Below are positions 1 through 8,742 of a stretch of DNA of 20,871 nucleotides, piece after piece (position 1 is the first letter of the stretch; every line of letters begins with the position of its first letter). The stretch is from Polyangiales bacterium (GTDB lineage Bacteria > Myxococcota_A > Polyangia > Polyangiales > Houyiibacteriaceae). Under the pieces are notes generated by a model. The model saw nothing but the letters and a program-made list of their open reading frames with translations. It did no database searches and was not told where the DNA came from. The DNA lies in the NCBI GenBank assembly GCA_045106895.1, contig JBGCFM010000276.1:1-20871 (forward strand). Reading direction: 5' to 3'. The position numbers were made by a program, and so were the translations under genes.

Positions 1-300
1 GTCGTCATGGATGCCTTCACGGCGGAGAAAAGCTCCCCGCTCTTCCTCCGGCACAGCTGCCGCTTGAAGCACGAGCCGAAGCTTTTCCTCCGCGCTCCGA
101 CCCTCCGTTGTCTCCGTCTTCTTACTTCGTCTACCCACGCTACCCTGCTCTCTGAACTGCTGAACCCAACCGTAGACGGTCGACTTCGTGGCACCGATCT
201 CGTCGGCGAGCTCAAGGTAGGTGACATCGGTCTGGATGTATCGACGGGCGACCGATTCTTTCAGTTCCTGGGAGTGCCGTTTCGATTTCCTTGCTTTCAT
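1..300 (-). CDS. IS3-family transposase OrfA (HTH domain), truncated by the window edge
   Basis: Not in the ORF track; translated by hand from ATG at 300: MKARKSKRHSQELKESVARRYIQTDVTYLELADEIGATKSTVYGWVQQFRE...RSAEEKLRLVLQAAAVPEEERGAFLRREGIHDD. It has an HTH (ELADEIGATKSTVYGW) and the AEEKLR...GAFLRREG pattern typical of IS3 OrfA. GGAAG lies upstream of the start. Confidence 0.85.
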   Translation of the reverse strand, partial: MKARKSKRHSQELKESVARRYIQTDVTYLELADEIGATKSTVYGWVQQFREQGSVGRRSKKTETTEGRSAEEKLRLVLQAAAVPEEERGAFLRREGIHDD

Positions 301-365
301 GTCAGTGCTTCCATCGCCCAAGTTTCGAAAGACCCGATTTTTTAGGCGACAACTATCCTGACGCA
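1..365 (-). mobile_element. Left part of an IS3-family insertion sequence; putative left terminal inverted repeat at about 344-365
   Basis: On the minus strand TGCGTCAGGATAGTTGTCGCCT starts with TG at 365, 65 nt upstream of the orfA start. The partner IR is outside the window, so the exact end is inferred. Confidence 0.7.
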
Positions 366-437
366 GGGGGCCGGTTCAGTGTCCGCTTCGGGTTCCGCTT
401 GAGCGCGCTCGGAGCAAGCGACTTCGCGACCGTGCGC

Positions 438-986
438 TTAGGGCCGGCGCATTTGGTTCCGGAACGCCTGCACTTCCGCAGACTGCATCACGGTAGAGCA
501 GGTGGCTTGGTTCGCCATCGCGTAGGACATCGTCATGCACCGCTGCGCTTGCACCGATAGACCATTGCAGCCGCTCAGAAAGGAGCTCCTCGATGGAATG
601 TTCGCGCTCGGCGCTTGACCGCTCTGCTGCGAGAGAGCGGCGACCATCGCCATTGCGCCGTTGTATGCCTGCTCGCAGTAGGTGCCGCCGCCGGTGTTTT
701 GTGCGGCGGCGATCACCGCGGCGAGACGCTCAAGATCTGCATCTACCAGGGACTCGTTCGCGTTTGCTTCTACGTCTGCTTCCACCGCGACATCTTGCTC
801 TATGCGCTGACCTTCCACCGGGGCGACGGGACCCGGCGGTAGCGTGACGGCTACGACGGCGGGCTGACCTTCCGTGTGTTCCCTCGACTCGTCACCGCTC
901 GTCGCCGCACTCTCGCCCTCGTGGGCCGAGTCGTTGGAACAGCCGAGCACGCACAGAGCAATCAACGTGATTCGCAAACGTCCCAT
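438..986 (-). CDS. Hypothetical lipoprotein with Cys-containing helical C-terminal domain
   Basis: ORF 438..1004. ATG at 986 gives MGRLRITLIALCVLGC (lipobox-like) and lies 8 nt after TACGCT. An acidic linker is followed by a domain with four Cys (YCEQ, GCNG, RCMT, TCST). Confidence 0.7.
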   Translation of the reverse strand: MGRLRITLIALCVLGCSNDSAHEGESAATSGDESREHTEGQPAVVAVTLPPGPVAPVEGQRIEQDVAVEADVEANANESLVDADLERLAAVIAAAQNTGGGTYCEQAYNGAMAMVAALSQQSGQAPSANIPSRSSFLSGCNGLSVQAQRCMTMSYAMANQATCSTVMQSAEVQAFRNQMRRP

Positions 987-1181
987 CGAGACAAAGCGTA
1001 GCATGCCCCGTGTTGGACAGGACGTCCGAGAAGTCAGGGGCTCTCAAGAGCGCCGACGCCGGCGGCGCCGCCCCGCAGGCAGCCTTGGAAGTCGTCTGGC
1101 GGCGCCGGCTTGAATCGGCGTGCGCCTGATTCACTGAACAGTGATCGAATCGATTCGGACGAGGCTGCTAGCGTCCTTTCA

Positions 1182-2855
1182 ATGCACAACTTTGTTCGAG
1201 CCGCGCTCTTGTTGAGCCTTGTTGCCTGTGATTGCGAGTCCTCGGCTCCCGCCGACGCGGCCGCAGACGTCATAGACGTGGGTCCAAGGTTGGACCAGGG
1301 ACCGGGGTCCGACGCCGCTTCCGGGGGCGAAACGGAGTGTGCCGACGGCCTAGACAACGATGGCGACGGACGCGTCGACTGTGGTGACTTCGATTGTCGC
1401 GGAACCGAGGCTTGCCCGTTCTCCGACGAAGGCTGCGTCGTTCGCGGCGAACTGGACGGAACCTTGCCGTGTGAGGAGCGCGCCGCCCCGGGTAGCTTCT
1501 CGCCCTCTCTCCAGTGGTCGTGGGACGGTCCAAGGGATGACCCCCAGAGCGTCGGCGTTATCCCCCTGGTCGCGAATTTCACGGACGATGACGGGAACGG
1601 GACCATCGACCTTTGTGACACCCCGGATGTCGTCATCGTCGTCTACCACCAGACTTTCGGTGCGCGCCGGGCAGGCGAAGCTGGAGAAATTGTGGTTCTC
1701 GATGGCGCGACGGGCACCGAGCACTTTCGCTTCGGTGGCGTCGATGCATCGGTGACGCCGGCCATCGGTGACATCGACAACGATGGCCGCGTAGAGATTG
1801 TCAGCGTCAACGAAGAAGGGCGCTTCGTGGCCTTCGAGCACGACGGCACACTTAAGTGGACGGGGCCCGGGCCGTGGGAGCAGTTCAACAGTGAGGCGCC
1901 TCTGCGTGGCTCCCTTGCCATCGCCGACGTGGACAACGATGGGGACGCAGAGGTCCTGGGCGGCAATATGCTCGTGGACCACGAAGGCAACGAACTGTGG
2001 ACGGCGCCGGAAGTGGCGAGTCGCTTTCCAGTGCCGACGATGGCGGACCTCGACGGAGATGGGGACTTAGAGATCGTCCTTGGGAACGCCGCCTATCAAC
2101 ACGACGGGACCGAGTACTTCGTCGCCGATGGTGTTCCGCCGGGACTGCCGTCCATTGCGAATCTGGATGACGACCCGGAGCCCGAAATTCTCCTCGCGAC
2201 GCGCGAGGGTGTCTACATGCTCGAGCACGACGGTGCCGTAGCCTACGGACCGGTCACCCCGACGGGGTCACCGGCGGAACGTCTCAACTGGATTCGCCCC
2301 ATCGCGGTTCACGACTTCGACGGTGACGGCGAAGCGGAGTTTGCGATGAGCAGTGCCGGCCAATACTCGGCCTTTGAAGGCGACGCGACGGTGACCTGGA
2401 GTGCTCCCGTCGAAGATGTAACAGGCATCGCCGGCGGCACAGCCTTCGACTTTCTTGGGGACGGCACCGCCGAGGCCATGTACGCGGACGAGGTCGCGAG
2501 CTACATCTTCGGCGCGTCGGGCGAAGTGCTCCTGCAAACGGCGCGAACCAGTGACACGTTCATCGAGTACCCCGTCGTCGCCGACGTGGACAACGACGGC
2601 TCTGCGGAGATTATCGTCGTGTCCGACCTCGTCGGCTCGTCACGAAATACGCCGGCTGTCCAAGTCATTGGCGATGCCGAGAATCGATGGATTCAGGCCC
2701 GCCGCATCTGGAACCAGCACACCTACCATGTGACGAATGTGCGCGAGGACGGCACCATTCCCGCCGCGGAGCAACCCAACTGGCGGACGCTCAATACATT
2801 TCGAACCAACGCGCAAATCTCTGGAGGACTCGTGTGCGAACCGCCTCTCATATAA
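1182..2855 (+). CDS. FG-GAP/VCBS repeat (beta-propeller) lipoprotein
   Basis: Start at ATG 1182 gives MHNFVRAALLLSLVAC (lipobox). It has a myxobacterial Cys-rich motif ECADGLDNDGDGRVDCGDFDC, many DxDxDG Ca-binding repeats (GDIDNDGRVEI, ADVDNDGDAEV, ADLDGDGDLEI, HDFDGDGEAE) and a WNQHTYHVTNV C-terminal motif. Confidence 0.88.
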   Translation: MHNFVRAALLLSLVACDCESSAPADAAADVIDVGPRLDQGPGSDAASGGETECADGLDNDGDGRVDCGDFDCRGTEACPFSDEGCVVRGELDGTLPCEERAAPGSFSPSLQWSWDGPRDDPQSVGVIPLVANFTDDDGNGTIDLCDTPDVVIVVYHQTFGARRAGEAGEIVVLDGATGTEHFRFGGVDASVTPAIGDIDNDGRVEIVSVNEEGRFVAFEHDGTLKWTGPGPWEQFNSEAPLRGSLAIADVDNDGDAEVLGGNMLVDHEGNELWTAPEVASRFPVPTMADLDGDGDLEIVLGNAAYQHDGTEYFVADGVPPGLPSIANLDDDPEPEILLATREGVYMLEHDGAVAYGPVTPTGSPAERLNWIRPIAVHDFDGDGEAEFAMSSAGQYSAFEGDATVTWSAPVEDVTGIAGGTAFDFLGDGTAEAMYADEVASYIFGASGEVLLQTARTSDTFIEYPVVADVDNDGSAEIIVVSDLVGSSRNTPAVQVIGDAENRWIQARRIWNQHTYHVTNVREDGTIPAAEQPNWRTLNTFRTNAQISGGLVCEPPLI

Positions 2856-2936
2856 GGCCACGACGTTAAGAAACCCGGGGCCAGGCCGCCCTCGCGACAG
2901 GAGCCCGCTCAAACAAAACAGGAGCGGGAGGTCGGC

Positions 2937-4136
2937 TCAACGGCTCAAGCGTCTTCGTAGACCAAGGACCAACAAGAGGGCGAGCCACATCGGCGAAGGC
3001 GTCTCGCGGGAAGCCACCGAACATCCACACCCCTCGTCGGCGTCGCCGAGAGGAGGCACACCGCCGTCGACACCGGGCCCAACGTCGAAGCCAGGGCCAA
3101 CGTCGGAACCCGACCCCGCGTCGAAGCCAGGTCCACCGTCGAAGCCAGGACCCGCGTCGATGCCGGGACCGCCGCCATCCAGCGCGGGCCCTGCATCACC
3201 CCCAGGCATGTCGGTGGAACAGGCCGGCGCCATCACGCTCGGCGTCGCAACGGGCGTGTGAGGCGGACGGTGATTCATATCGAAACGAGGCGGATATTCG
3301 CCGCCGTCTTCGCAGCTCAGGACGTAGCGCAGTGCGAGGGAGAGGGGCTCGGCGGCGGCGGGGACATGCCGCATGCCGGGCACGTCGAAAACTCGCGCCT
3401 GAAGCCCTCGCTCCCAATATTGGTGCACCGTCTTGAGGATTCCTTCGTAGTTTGAGAAGTCACCGGCGGGCATCGCGATGATGTCCTCTTCGCCGGAAAT
3501 GAACGCGAATCGCCGGCCGCGCGCCTGGAGCCCGGCGTGCACTTCCGGGCTGTCGTGGCGGTCGAGCTCCGCGCCAAAGTTCACCCCCGGGCGCGTGCTG
3601 ATGGGCACTCCCTGCCACGGAACCGTGCGCGCGTGACTGATGACCCCAACGAAAAGCTCTTGCCACGCGACGACGATATCGACGGCGCTTACCCCACCGG
3701 CGGAGTACCCGCCGATGACAACACGGGTGTCGTCGATGTTGTAGAGCGCGGACATCGAGGCCACGCAGTCGACGACGCGAAAGAAGCGGTTGAAGAGGTT
3801 TTGATTGCCGCCTGCGTCATGGGGGGAGCAGTACGCGAGGTCGAGGTCGGCGAGCTCTGTGCGCCACGTGCCTGGGTTATGAGGCATATCGTTGAAGCTC
3901 AGGTGGACGTAGAGCCCCAACGGCCGATCGTCCGCGACGGCCTCGTCCGGAACGTAGATGCGGGCGGTCTGCTCGCTGACTTCGTAGCCAAGCTCCGTGC
4001 GAGCGCGATCAAAGTCGCCGCCGGCTTCGAAGGGCCACTCTTCGGCGTAGACGAAGTTCTCCTCGTCGTACGCGGATGCCGGGGTCGTATGGAGAGCGAG
4101 GAAGAAGAGGAGAAGAATCGATGCAGGTCGCTTCAT
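2937..4136 (-). CDS. Secreted alpha/beta-hydrolase (esterase/PHB-depolymerase-like) with MYXO-CTERM sorting signal
   Basis: ATG 4136 gives signal peptide MKRPASILLLFFLALHTTPASA. Nucleophile elbow GYSAGG, candidate Asp (GEEDI) and His (PGMRH). After a DxGPG linker the tail is GCGCSV...PMWLALLLVLGLRRRLSR. Confidence 0.82.
   Translation of the reverse strand: MKRPASILLLFFLALHTTPASAYDEENFVYAEEWPFEAGGDFDRARTELGYEVSEQTARIYVPDEAVADDRPLGLYVHLSFNDMPHNPGTWRTELADLDLAYCSPHDAGGNQNLFNRFFRVVDCVASMSALYNIDDTRVVIGGYSAGGVSAVDIVVAWQELFVGVISHARTVPWQGVPISTRPGVNFGAELDRHDSPEVHAGLQARGRRFAFISGEEDIIAMPAGDFSNYEGILKTVHQYWERGLQARVFDVPGMRHVPAAAEPLSLALRYVLSCEDGGEYPPRFDMNHRPPHTPVATPSVMAPACSTDMPGGDAGPALDGGGPGIDAGPGFDGGPGFDAGSGSDVGPGFDVGPGVDGGVPPLGDADEGCGCSVASRETPSPMWLALLLVLGLRRRLSR
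3061..3200 (-). repeat. Degenerate 18-bp coding tandem repeat (D-[AGV]-G-P-G-[FVI] linker)
   Basis: Encodes DAGPGF DGGPGF DAGSGS DVGPGF DVGPGV DGG between the hydrolase domain and the sorting tail. Confidence 0.8.
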
Positions 4137-4316
4137 AGACGGACATGCTACAATGAAGTCTAGGCGATGATTCGAACGCTGTTCGAACCCGCCGACGGGC
4201 CTATGAGCGACTCCACTCGAAGTGACATTCTCCAGGCGGCTCGAGCCATCCTTGAATGTGAACCCGCTGGGCGGTTTAGCAGCCGCGCCGTGTCGCGCGC
4301 CGTCGGTATTCACGAT

Positions 4317-4706
4317 TTACACGTCGCCCCTCAACGTGGGGCAAGCGCTCAGCGCCGGAAGACGAAAAAAGCCAGCGAGCACTTCATCTCGTCCTTGAGT
4401 TTCACAGCTCATATCCCGTCGGAAAGGGCCAAGGGGCGCTCCCGTGGCACAGCGTTCCTGTTCGGTCGCTACGCTTTCTGTTCCGCTGCGCGTCGGGCTT
4501 CCGCCTCTGCTTCCGCTGCGAGTCGGGCTTCCGCCTCTGCCTCCACCCGCTGCGCTTCCGTCTCTGCCTGCTCCTGCGCCTCTGCTTCCGCGGCGGGAGC
4601 AGGCTCGTTCACGACGAGGTTCGGCCTCGTCGCTGGGACCGCACGCGGCGCCTACAAGGAGCGCGCCGCTGACGAGGAAGCGGAGCGTGCCGTGTTCGTC
4701 AGCCAC
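4317..4706 (-). pseudogene. Probable frameshifted lipoprotein gene with an Ala/Glu-rich coiled coil
   Basis: One frame has a signal/lipobox LRFLVSGALLVGAAC-GPSDEAEP and then turns Gly/Arg-rich. A shifted frame from about 4617 reads VVNEPAPAAEAEAQEQAETEAQRVEAEAEARLAAEAEAEARRAAEQKA* (stop 4469-4471). Confidence 0.5.
4481..4540. repeat. 30-bp tandem duplication (2 copies, 29/30 identical)
   Basis: TTCCGCTGCG[C/A]GTCGGGCTTCCGCCTCTGC at 4481-4510 and 4511-4540. Confidence 0.9.
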
Positions 4707-5207
4707 GATGATGCTCTTCGTTGGTGAAGGAAGGATGCTGCCGATGTCGGAGCATGACGCAGTCTTAGGTGACAGCGCGCTGCTCGAAAAGGCAAGTCGC
4801 GTCGCCTCTTCGAGGAGGGGTCTTGGAGGAAAGCTGTATGCCGATATTCGATGTTTGCTCGTTTACAGCGTTGTCAACTCGTTGCCATTCACCCGGAAGC
4901 CCTGTGCGCACAAAGTGCTCCTCCTCCCGCAAAGGCTACAACGACCTGTTCGGCCTGGTGGGGACCAGTGAACTAGGTCAGCGACATGCCATCGGGACCA
5001 GGGGCACAGTGAGTGCGCATCGGACATCCCGACAGGTCATGATCGATGCGAAGAAAAACCCAAAGTGGCCTGCACCTTGTCATCGAAGGCCGCCAGCACC
5101 GGAAGGGTGGCTGCGCAAAGACCCTGCGACGCTTGCATGGCTTTCTTTGGAGAAGACGTGGCTTCCTCTGACGGAAGCCCTCTTTCCCGCGCGTATCCCG
5201 GCGCGGC

Positions 5208-6161
5208 TCAATCCAAGGAGAAGCAGTCGAGGTCGGCGGCGACGAGGACGGGGCCGCCGTAGTGCTCGCGAATGGCCGCGAGGTTCTCGCCCAAGTCCGC
5301 GAGGCTTCGCTCCATGAGGTGGGAGATGACGACGGCCCCGACCCCGGCTTGCTCGGCGACGCGGCCCAGGCGGCTTGGTGGCGCGTGGAGCTGGGCGGCG
5401 ACCCCTGGCGCGCGCTGGGGGATGGCCATGTGGGCGACCCAGACGTCGGCGCCGCGCAGCATGTCCACATAGGCGTCGTCGTCGGCTCGCTGATCGCCCA
5501 TGAAGGCGACGCGCCTGTCCCCGATGCGAACGTCGAAAGCCAAAGCGGGGACGGGTCCGTGGGCGACGGCGATGGCGCGGACCTCCGTATCGCCGGACTC
5601 GAGGAGGGACTCCGTCGTCGCCCCTTCAACGCGGTGAGTCGACAGCGTGAATGGCTGTCCTGGAGTGAGGAATCCGCCGAGGTAGGGGTAGGCGCCGCTG
5701 GGTCCGATCTGCGCGGCGACGAAATCGTCGATGGGCGGAAATCGGCTTGAGCCCCGAGGCCCGAAGAGCACCAAGGGACGTTGACGGCGCCCGAAGCTCG
5801 CCATCTTCAAGAGCGCGACGAGGTCCGCCGAATGGTCGACGTGGAGGTGCGAAATGAACATCGCGTCGAGGTCATCAAAGGACGCGCCGGATTCGTTGAA
5901 GCGGTGCGTGACGCCGGGGCCGGCGTCGACCAAGAAGCGAGCTTTGCCTTGGTGCCAGACTAAGTAGCCCGAGCTGACACGGCCCCCAAAGGAACGAGGT
6001 CCGCCGGAGCCGAGCACCTGCAGCGCCGTTCCTTCACAGACGGCGGGTTCGACGGCCGTTGGCGTGCGCTCCACGGGGCGATGCTCGGAGCTCGACACGC
6101 AGGCGAGAGAAATGAGCGCGAAGAAGGTCGCGGCGAACAATCTCCTGCCGGCGGCTTGCAC
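5208..6161 (-). CDS. MBL-fold metallo-hydrolase lipoprotein (AtsA arylsulfatase-like / RNase Z subgroup)
   Basis: LQVLGSGGP, LVDAGPG, SHLHVDHSAD (HxHxDH), VAHGPVPA, FMGDQ, LH and SHL motifs; N-terminal lipobox (ISLAC). The GTG start directly abuts the upstream TAG. Confidence 0.88.
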   Translation of the reverse strand: MQAAGRRLFAATFFALISLACVSSSEHRPVERTPTAVEPAVCEGTALQVLGSGGPRSFGGRVSSGYLVWHQGKARFLVDAGPGVTHRFNESGASFDDLDAMFISHLHVDHSADLVALLKMASFGRRQRPLVLFGPRGSSRFPPIDDFVAAQIGPSGAYPYLGGFLTPGQPFTLSTHRVEGATTESLLESGDTEVRAIAVAHGPVPALAFDVRIGDRRVAFMGDQRADDDAYVDMLRGADVWVAHMAIPQRAPGVAAQLHAPPSRLGRVAEQAGVGAVVISHLMERSLADLGENLAAIREHYGGPVLVAADLDCFSLD

Positions 6162-7757
6162 CTATTGAGCTCCAAGGACGGCGCGAATGTAGGCCGCGAT
6201 CTTCTGCCGCTGGTCGCCACTGAGGGACTCGCTGTAGGTCGGCATCACGCCGACGCCGTTGCTCATGGCCTCGAGGACCTGGGCTTCGCTCGGCGCCAGC
6301 ACGTTCAGGTTGGGGCCGACGGTTCCGCTCGTCGCGGCTTCCGAGAGCGTATGACATGTGCCGCAGGGCGGGGTCGCTCCTTCGACGAAGAGCTCGCGCC
6401 CTTGCGTCTGCGCTTCGCTCAGTTCGATGCTTCCGGGAGGGGCGCCAACGAGCGTATCCCCTTCCTCCTCATCTTCTTCGAGGATGACGGGGCCTTCCAC
6501 GACGTCGAACTGAACGCCGAGATCACGCCAGCCGTTGTGGCCGTAGCCGCGGTGATTCTCGACGCGCTCTTCGGGCTGCACGTTGCCCTCCAGGTCCGTC
6601 GCGCGACTCAACAAGGAGTGAGGGCCTTCGTCCAGCGTCGTCTCAAAGGCAAAGACGCGCCACGCGTAAGGTCCGAGGTCCGGGCCGATGAGTTCGACTT
6701 CACGCCAGCTCTCGCCCTCATTGTCCGAGACCTCGACCTTTCCAACGCCGCGCCCCGCGGAGAAGGCGACTCCGTGCACTTGAACGAGCCCCTTCGCGAC
6801 GGGGTGCATGCCGGATGGCTGGTTGATCCACGACTTGACGCTCATCTCCCACATGGACGGCTGCTCCGGAGAGCCCGACTCGCCGACGGGGCGAAAACGA
6901 TAGCCGCTGCTCATGATATGCGCGCCCGACTGCTCCGGCGTGAACGAAAGGGAGCGGACGTATTTGATCTGATTGCAGCCGAAGTAGCCGGGCACGATGA
7001 GTCTCAGAGGCCCGCCATGAGTGAGGGGAATGGGCGCGCCGTTCAGGTCCCATGCGAGGAGACAGTCTTCGAGGGCCTTTTCCGTGGGGATGGAGCGTTC
7101 GACGACGACTGAGTCTCGGTCGACTCCTTCGGGCAGAACTTCGCCGCCGGCGCTTGTGCAGTAGTGCATGTCCTCCAGGGCGCCGCCGAGTTTGGCGATG
7201 ACGGTGCGCAGAGGGACACCCGTCCAGATGGCGCAGGCCGCCGCGCCAACGCCCCACTGCGAACCGGACGTTTCGTGGTCGAAGAACTGACGTCCGTTGC
7301 CGGAACACTGGACCACAGTCGCCAAGGTCTCGGTGCCCCAGGTCTTGAGCTCGCGTAGCGTGATGGAGCGGGGCGCCACCACCCCGGAGATGTCCAAGAT
7401 CCAGTCGTCGGGGCGGCGGACGATCTCCGGCGAAGGCATGGGCAAGTTGTTGCGGACAAAGAAGTGGCTCGCGGGGGTCACGGGGCTCGCGCCGAAGCGG
7501 TCTCTCCGCGTCTCCAAGGTCATGGGCTCAAGGCCGTGAACGACGAAGTTCCTTCGCTGCAGACCGTCCGGGAGCCCGGAGGCGAGCGCCGGCGGCTGCG
7601 GAGGGACGGCAGGCTCCGGAGGCGTCGGCGTCTGCTCGGTGGCTTCTTCCGCCCCGCATCCCGCCGAAAAGAGCACGGCGGCTCCTCCGCTTGCCACGCT
7701 TCCGCGCAGGAAAGCTCGACGCGTCGCGCGCTGCTCGTCGCTCTTGGTCTTACTCAT
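6162..7757 (-). CDS. sorT: Sulfite oxidase-family molybdoenzyme (SorT-like sulfite dehydrogenase) fused to a C-terminal SorU-like cytochrome c; Tat lipoprotein
   Basis: ATG 7757 gives a Tat motif TRRAFLRG and lipobox FSAGC. Mo domain: FFVRNNL, QCSGNGR (Mo-ligating Cys), HGGPLRLIVPGYFG. Dimerization domain: SWINQP, GVAFS, RATD, GYGHNGW. After an acidic linker come CGTCH (6351-6365), GPNL and GVMP (axial Met). Confidence 0.9.
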   Translation of the reverse strand: MSKTKSDEQRATRRAFLRGSVASGGAAVLFSAGCGAEEATEQTPTPPEPAVPPQPPALASGLPDGLQRRNFVVHGLEPMTLETRRDRFGASPVTPASHFFVRNNLPMPSPEIVRRPDDWILDISGVVAPRSITLRELKTWGTETLATVVQCSGNGRQFFDHETSGSQWGVGAAACAIWTGVPLRTVIAKLGGALEDMHYCTSAGGEVLPEGVDRDSVVVERSIPTEKALEDCLLAWDLNGAPIPLTHGGPLRLIVPGYFGCNQIKYVRSLSFTPEQSGAHIMSSGYRFRPVGESGSPEQPSMWEMSVKSWINQPSGMHPVAKGLVQVHGVAFSAGRGVGKVEVSDNEGESWREVELIGPDLGPYAWRVFAFETTLDEGPHSLLSRATDLEGNVQPEERVENHRGYGHNGWRDLGVQFDVVEGPVILEEDEEEGDTLVGAPPGSIELSEAQTQGRELFVEGATPPCGTCHTLSEAATSGTVGPNLNVLAPSEAQVLEAMSNGVGVMPTYSESLSGDQRQKIAAYIRAVLGAQ

Positions 7758-8742
7758 CGTCACTCTCTTCCATGCATCGTTCGAAGATATCCGCCGCTGG
7801 CTTTCCGCGAAGTGCGTAGCTCGGGTCTCGCGGTCCGCCCTGCCCAAACCAGTTCCACACGTAGTATCCACCATCGCGCGCGGGGACGTGGGCCTCGCAA
7901 AACGAACGCAGCAAGCGTGCTTGTTCGGCCAAGTCGGTAGGGGCGTCGCGCGTCTCATCCCAGGGGTACTCCGCCGCGTCTGCGTGGGCGGGGTAGCCGA
8001 CTTCACTGAGGAGGAGCGGACGTTCCATCGCTCGCGCGAAGCCTCGCAGGCGCGCGAGGTGCGTGGTCCACTGAGCAGCCGCGTCGTTCGTTGAGTCCAT
8101 ACGGAAGTAGGCGCTGACGGCGACTTCGTCGAGGGCGTCCCAGAACGCGAGAGTCTCATAGCGGTCCCAGTTGGCGGAGTAGGTCACGACTCCGGAGAAA
8201 CGATCTCGAACGCGCTGGATGAGGGAGCGCCATTCGCCGTCAAAGCGTTCCAGTCCGTTGAGTTCGCTCCCGACAATGAGCCGGACGGCGCCGGCTTCTT
8301 CCGCGAGACTCGCCGCCTGAAGAATCACAGTCGCGTAGCGCTCAAACCAGACATCGGGCTCTCCGTTCAAGTTGATACTCCCACGCCACTCGCCATCGGC
8401 GCGATTTTCGATGCCTACGATCGGCATCAGTCCGACGCGCAGGCCCAGGCGACGCGCTTGACGAAGCGTTCGACGAATCGTCCCAATGCTTGGGCTCGCG
8501 CCGGTTTGGAGGCGCATCCTCGAAGCGTGAATGTCATCCTGCATCAGGCGATACGTGATGAGCACATCCGACGCTCCGCGTGAGCGCATCTCTTCAAGCA
8601 TCACCCCGTAGTCGTACGCCGGGTTTGTGGCGAAGAGCCCGAGGCTCGCACCGCGCGCCGTCGCGTGCGGCACAGACTCGCCGCCACCGCTGAAGGCGAA
8701 GACTGTGCACGTGAAGGCAAATGCGGCGACGCGAAGCATCAT
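7750..8742 (-). CDS. Glycoside hydrolase family 113-like TIM-barrel protein, secreted
   Basis: GLRVGLMP, WRG, IVGSEL (candidate acid/base Glu), VTYSANWD, FWDALD, SAYF, LLSEVGY (candidate nucleophile Glu) and signal-like N-terminus. Overlaps the upstream gene by ATGA. Confidence 0.78.
   Translation of the reverse strand: MMLRVAAFAFTCTVFAFSGGGESVPHATARGASLGLFATNPAYDYGVMLEEMRSRGASDVLITYRLMQDDIHASRMRLQTGASPSIGTIRRTLRQARRLGLRVGLMPIVGIENRADGEWRGSINLNGEPDVWFERYATVILQAASLAEEAGAVRLIVGSELNGLERFDGEWRSLIQRVRDRFSGVVTYSANWDRYETLAFWDALDEVAVSAYFRMDSTNDAAAQWTTHLARLRGFARAMERPLLLSEVGYPAHADAAEYPWDETRDAPTDLAEQARLLRSFCEAHVPARDGGYYVWNWFGQGGPRDPSYALRGKPAADIFERCMEESDDE

Noticed and set aside
7..345. 112-aa plus-strand ORF
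   Set aside because: Antisense to the IS3 orfA.
2904..2928. CCCGCTC/GAGCGGG hairpin between convergent genes
   Set aside because: Only a 7-bp stem with an 11-nt loop and no U-tract; too weak to call a terminator.
3061..4540. Tandem repeats as a possible CRISPR array
   Set aside because: Units are contiguous multiples of three inside coding frames, with no unique spacers and no cas genes.
4167..4727. 186-aa plus-strand ORF with ASASAA repeats
   Set aside because: Mirror image of the minus-strand AEAEA coiled-coil frame.
6162..7757. SoxCD or MsrP assignment
   Set aside because: No soxXYZAB or msrQ nearby; the dimerization domain and SorU-like monoheme fit SorT-type enzymes better.
7758..8159. 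N-terminal extension of the 665-aa ORF
   Set aside because: Overlaps the GH113-like gene on the same strand; the Tat signal starts at ATG 7757.
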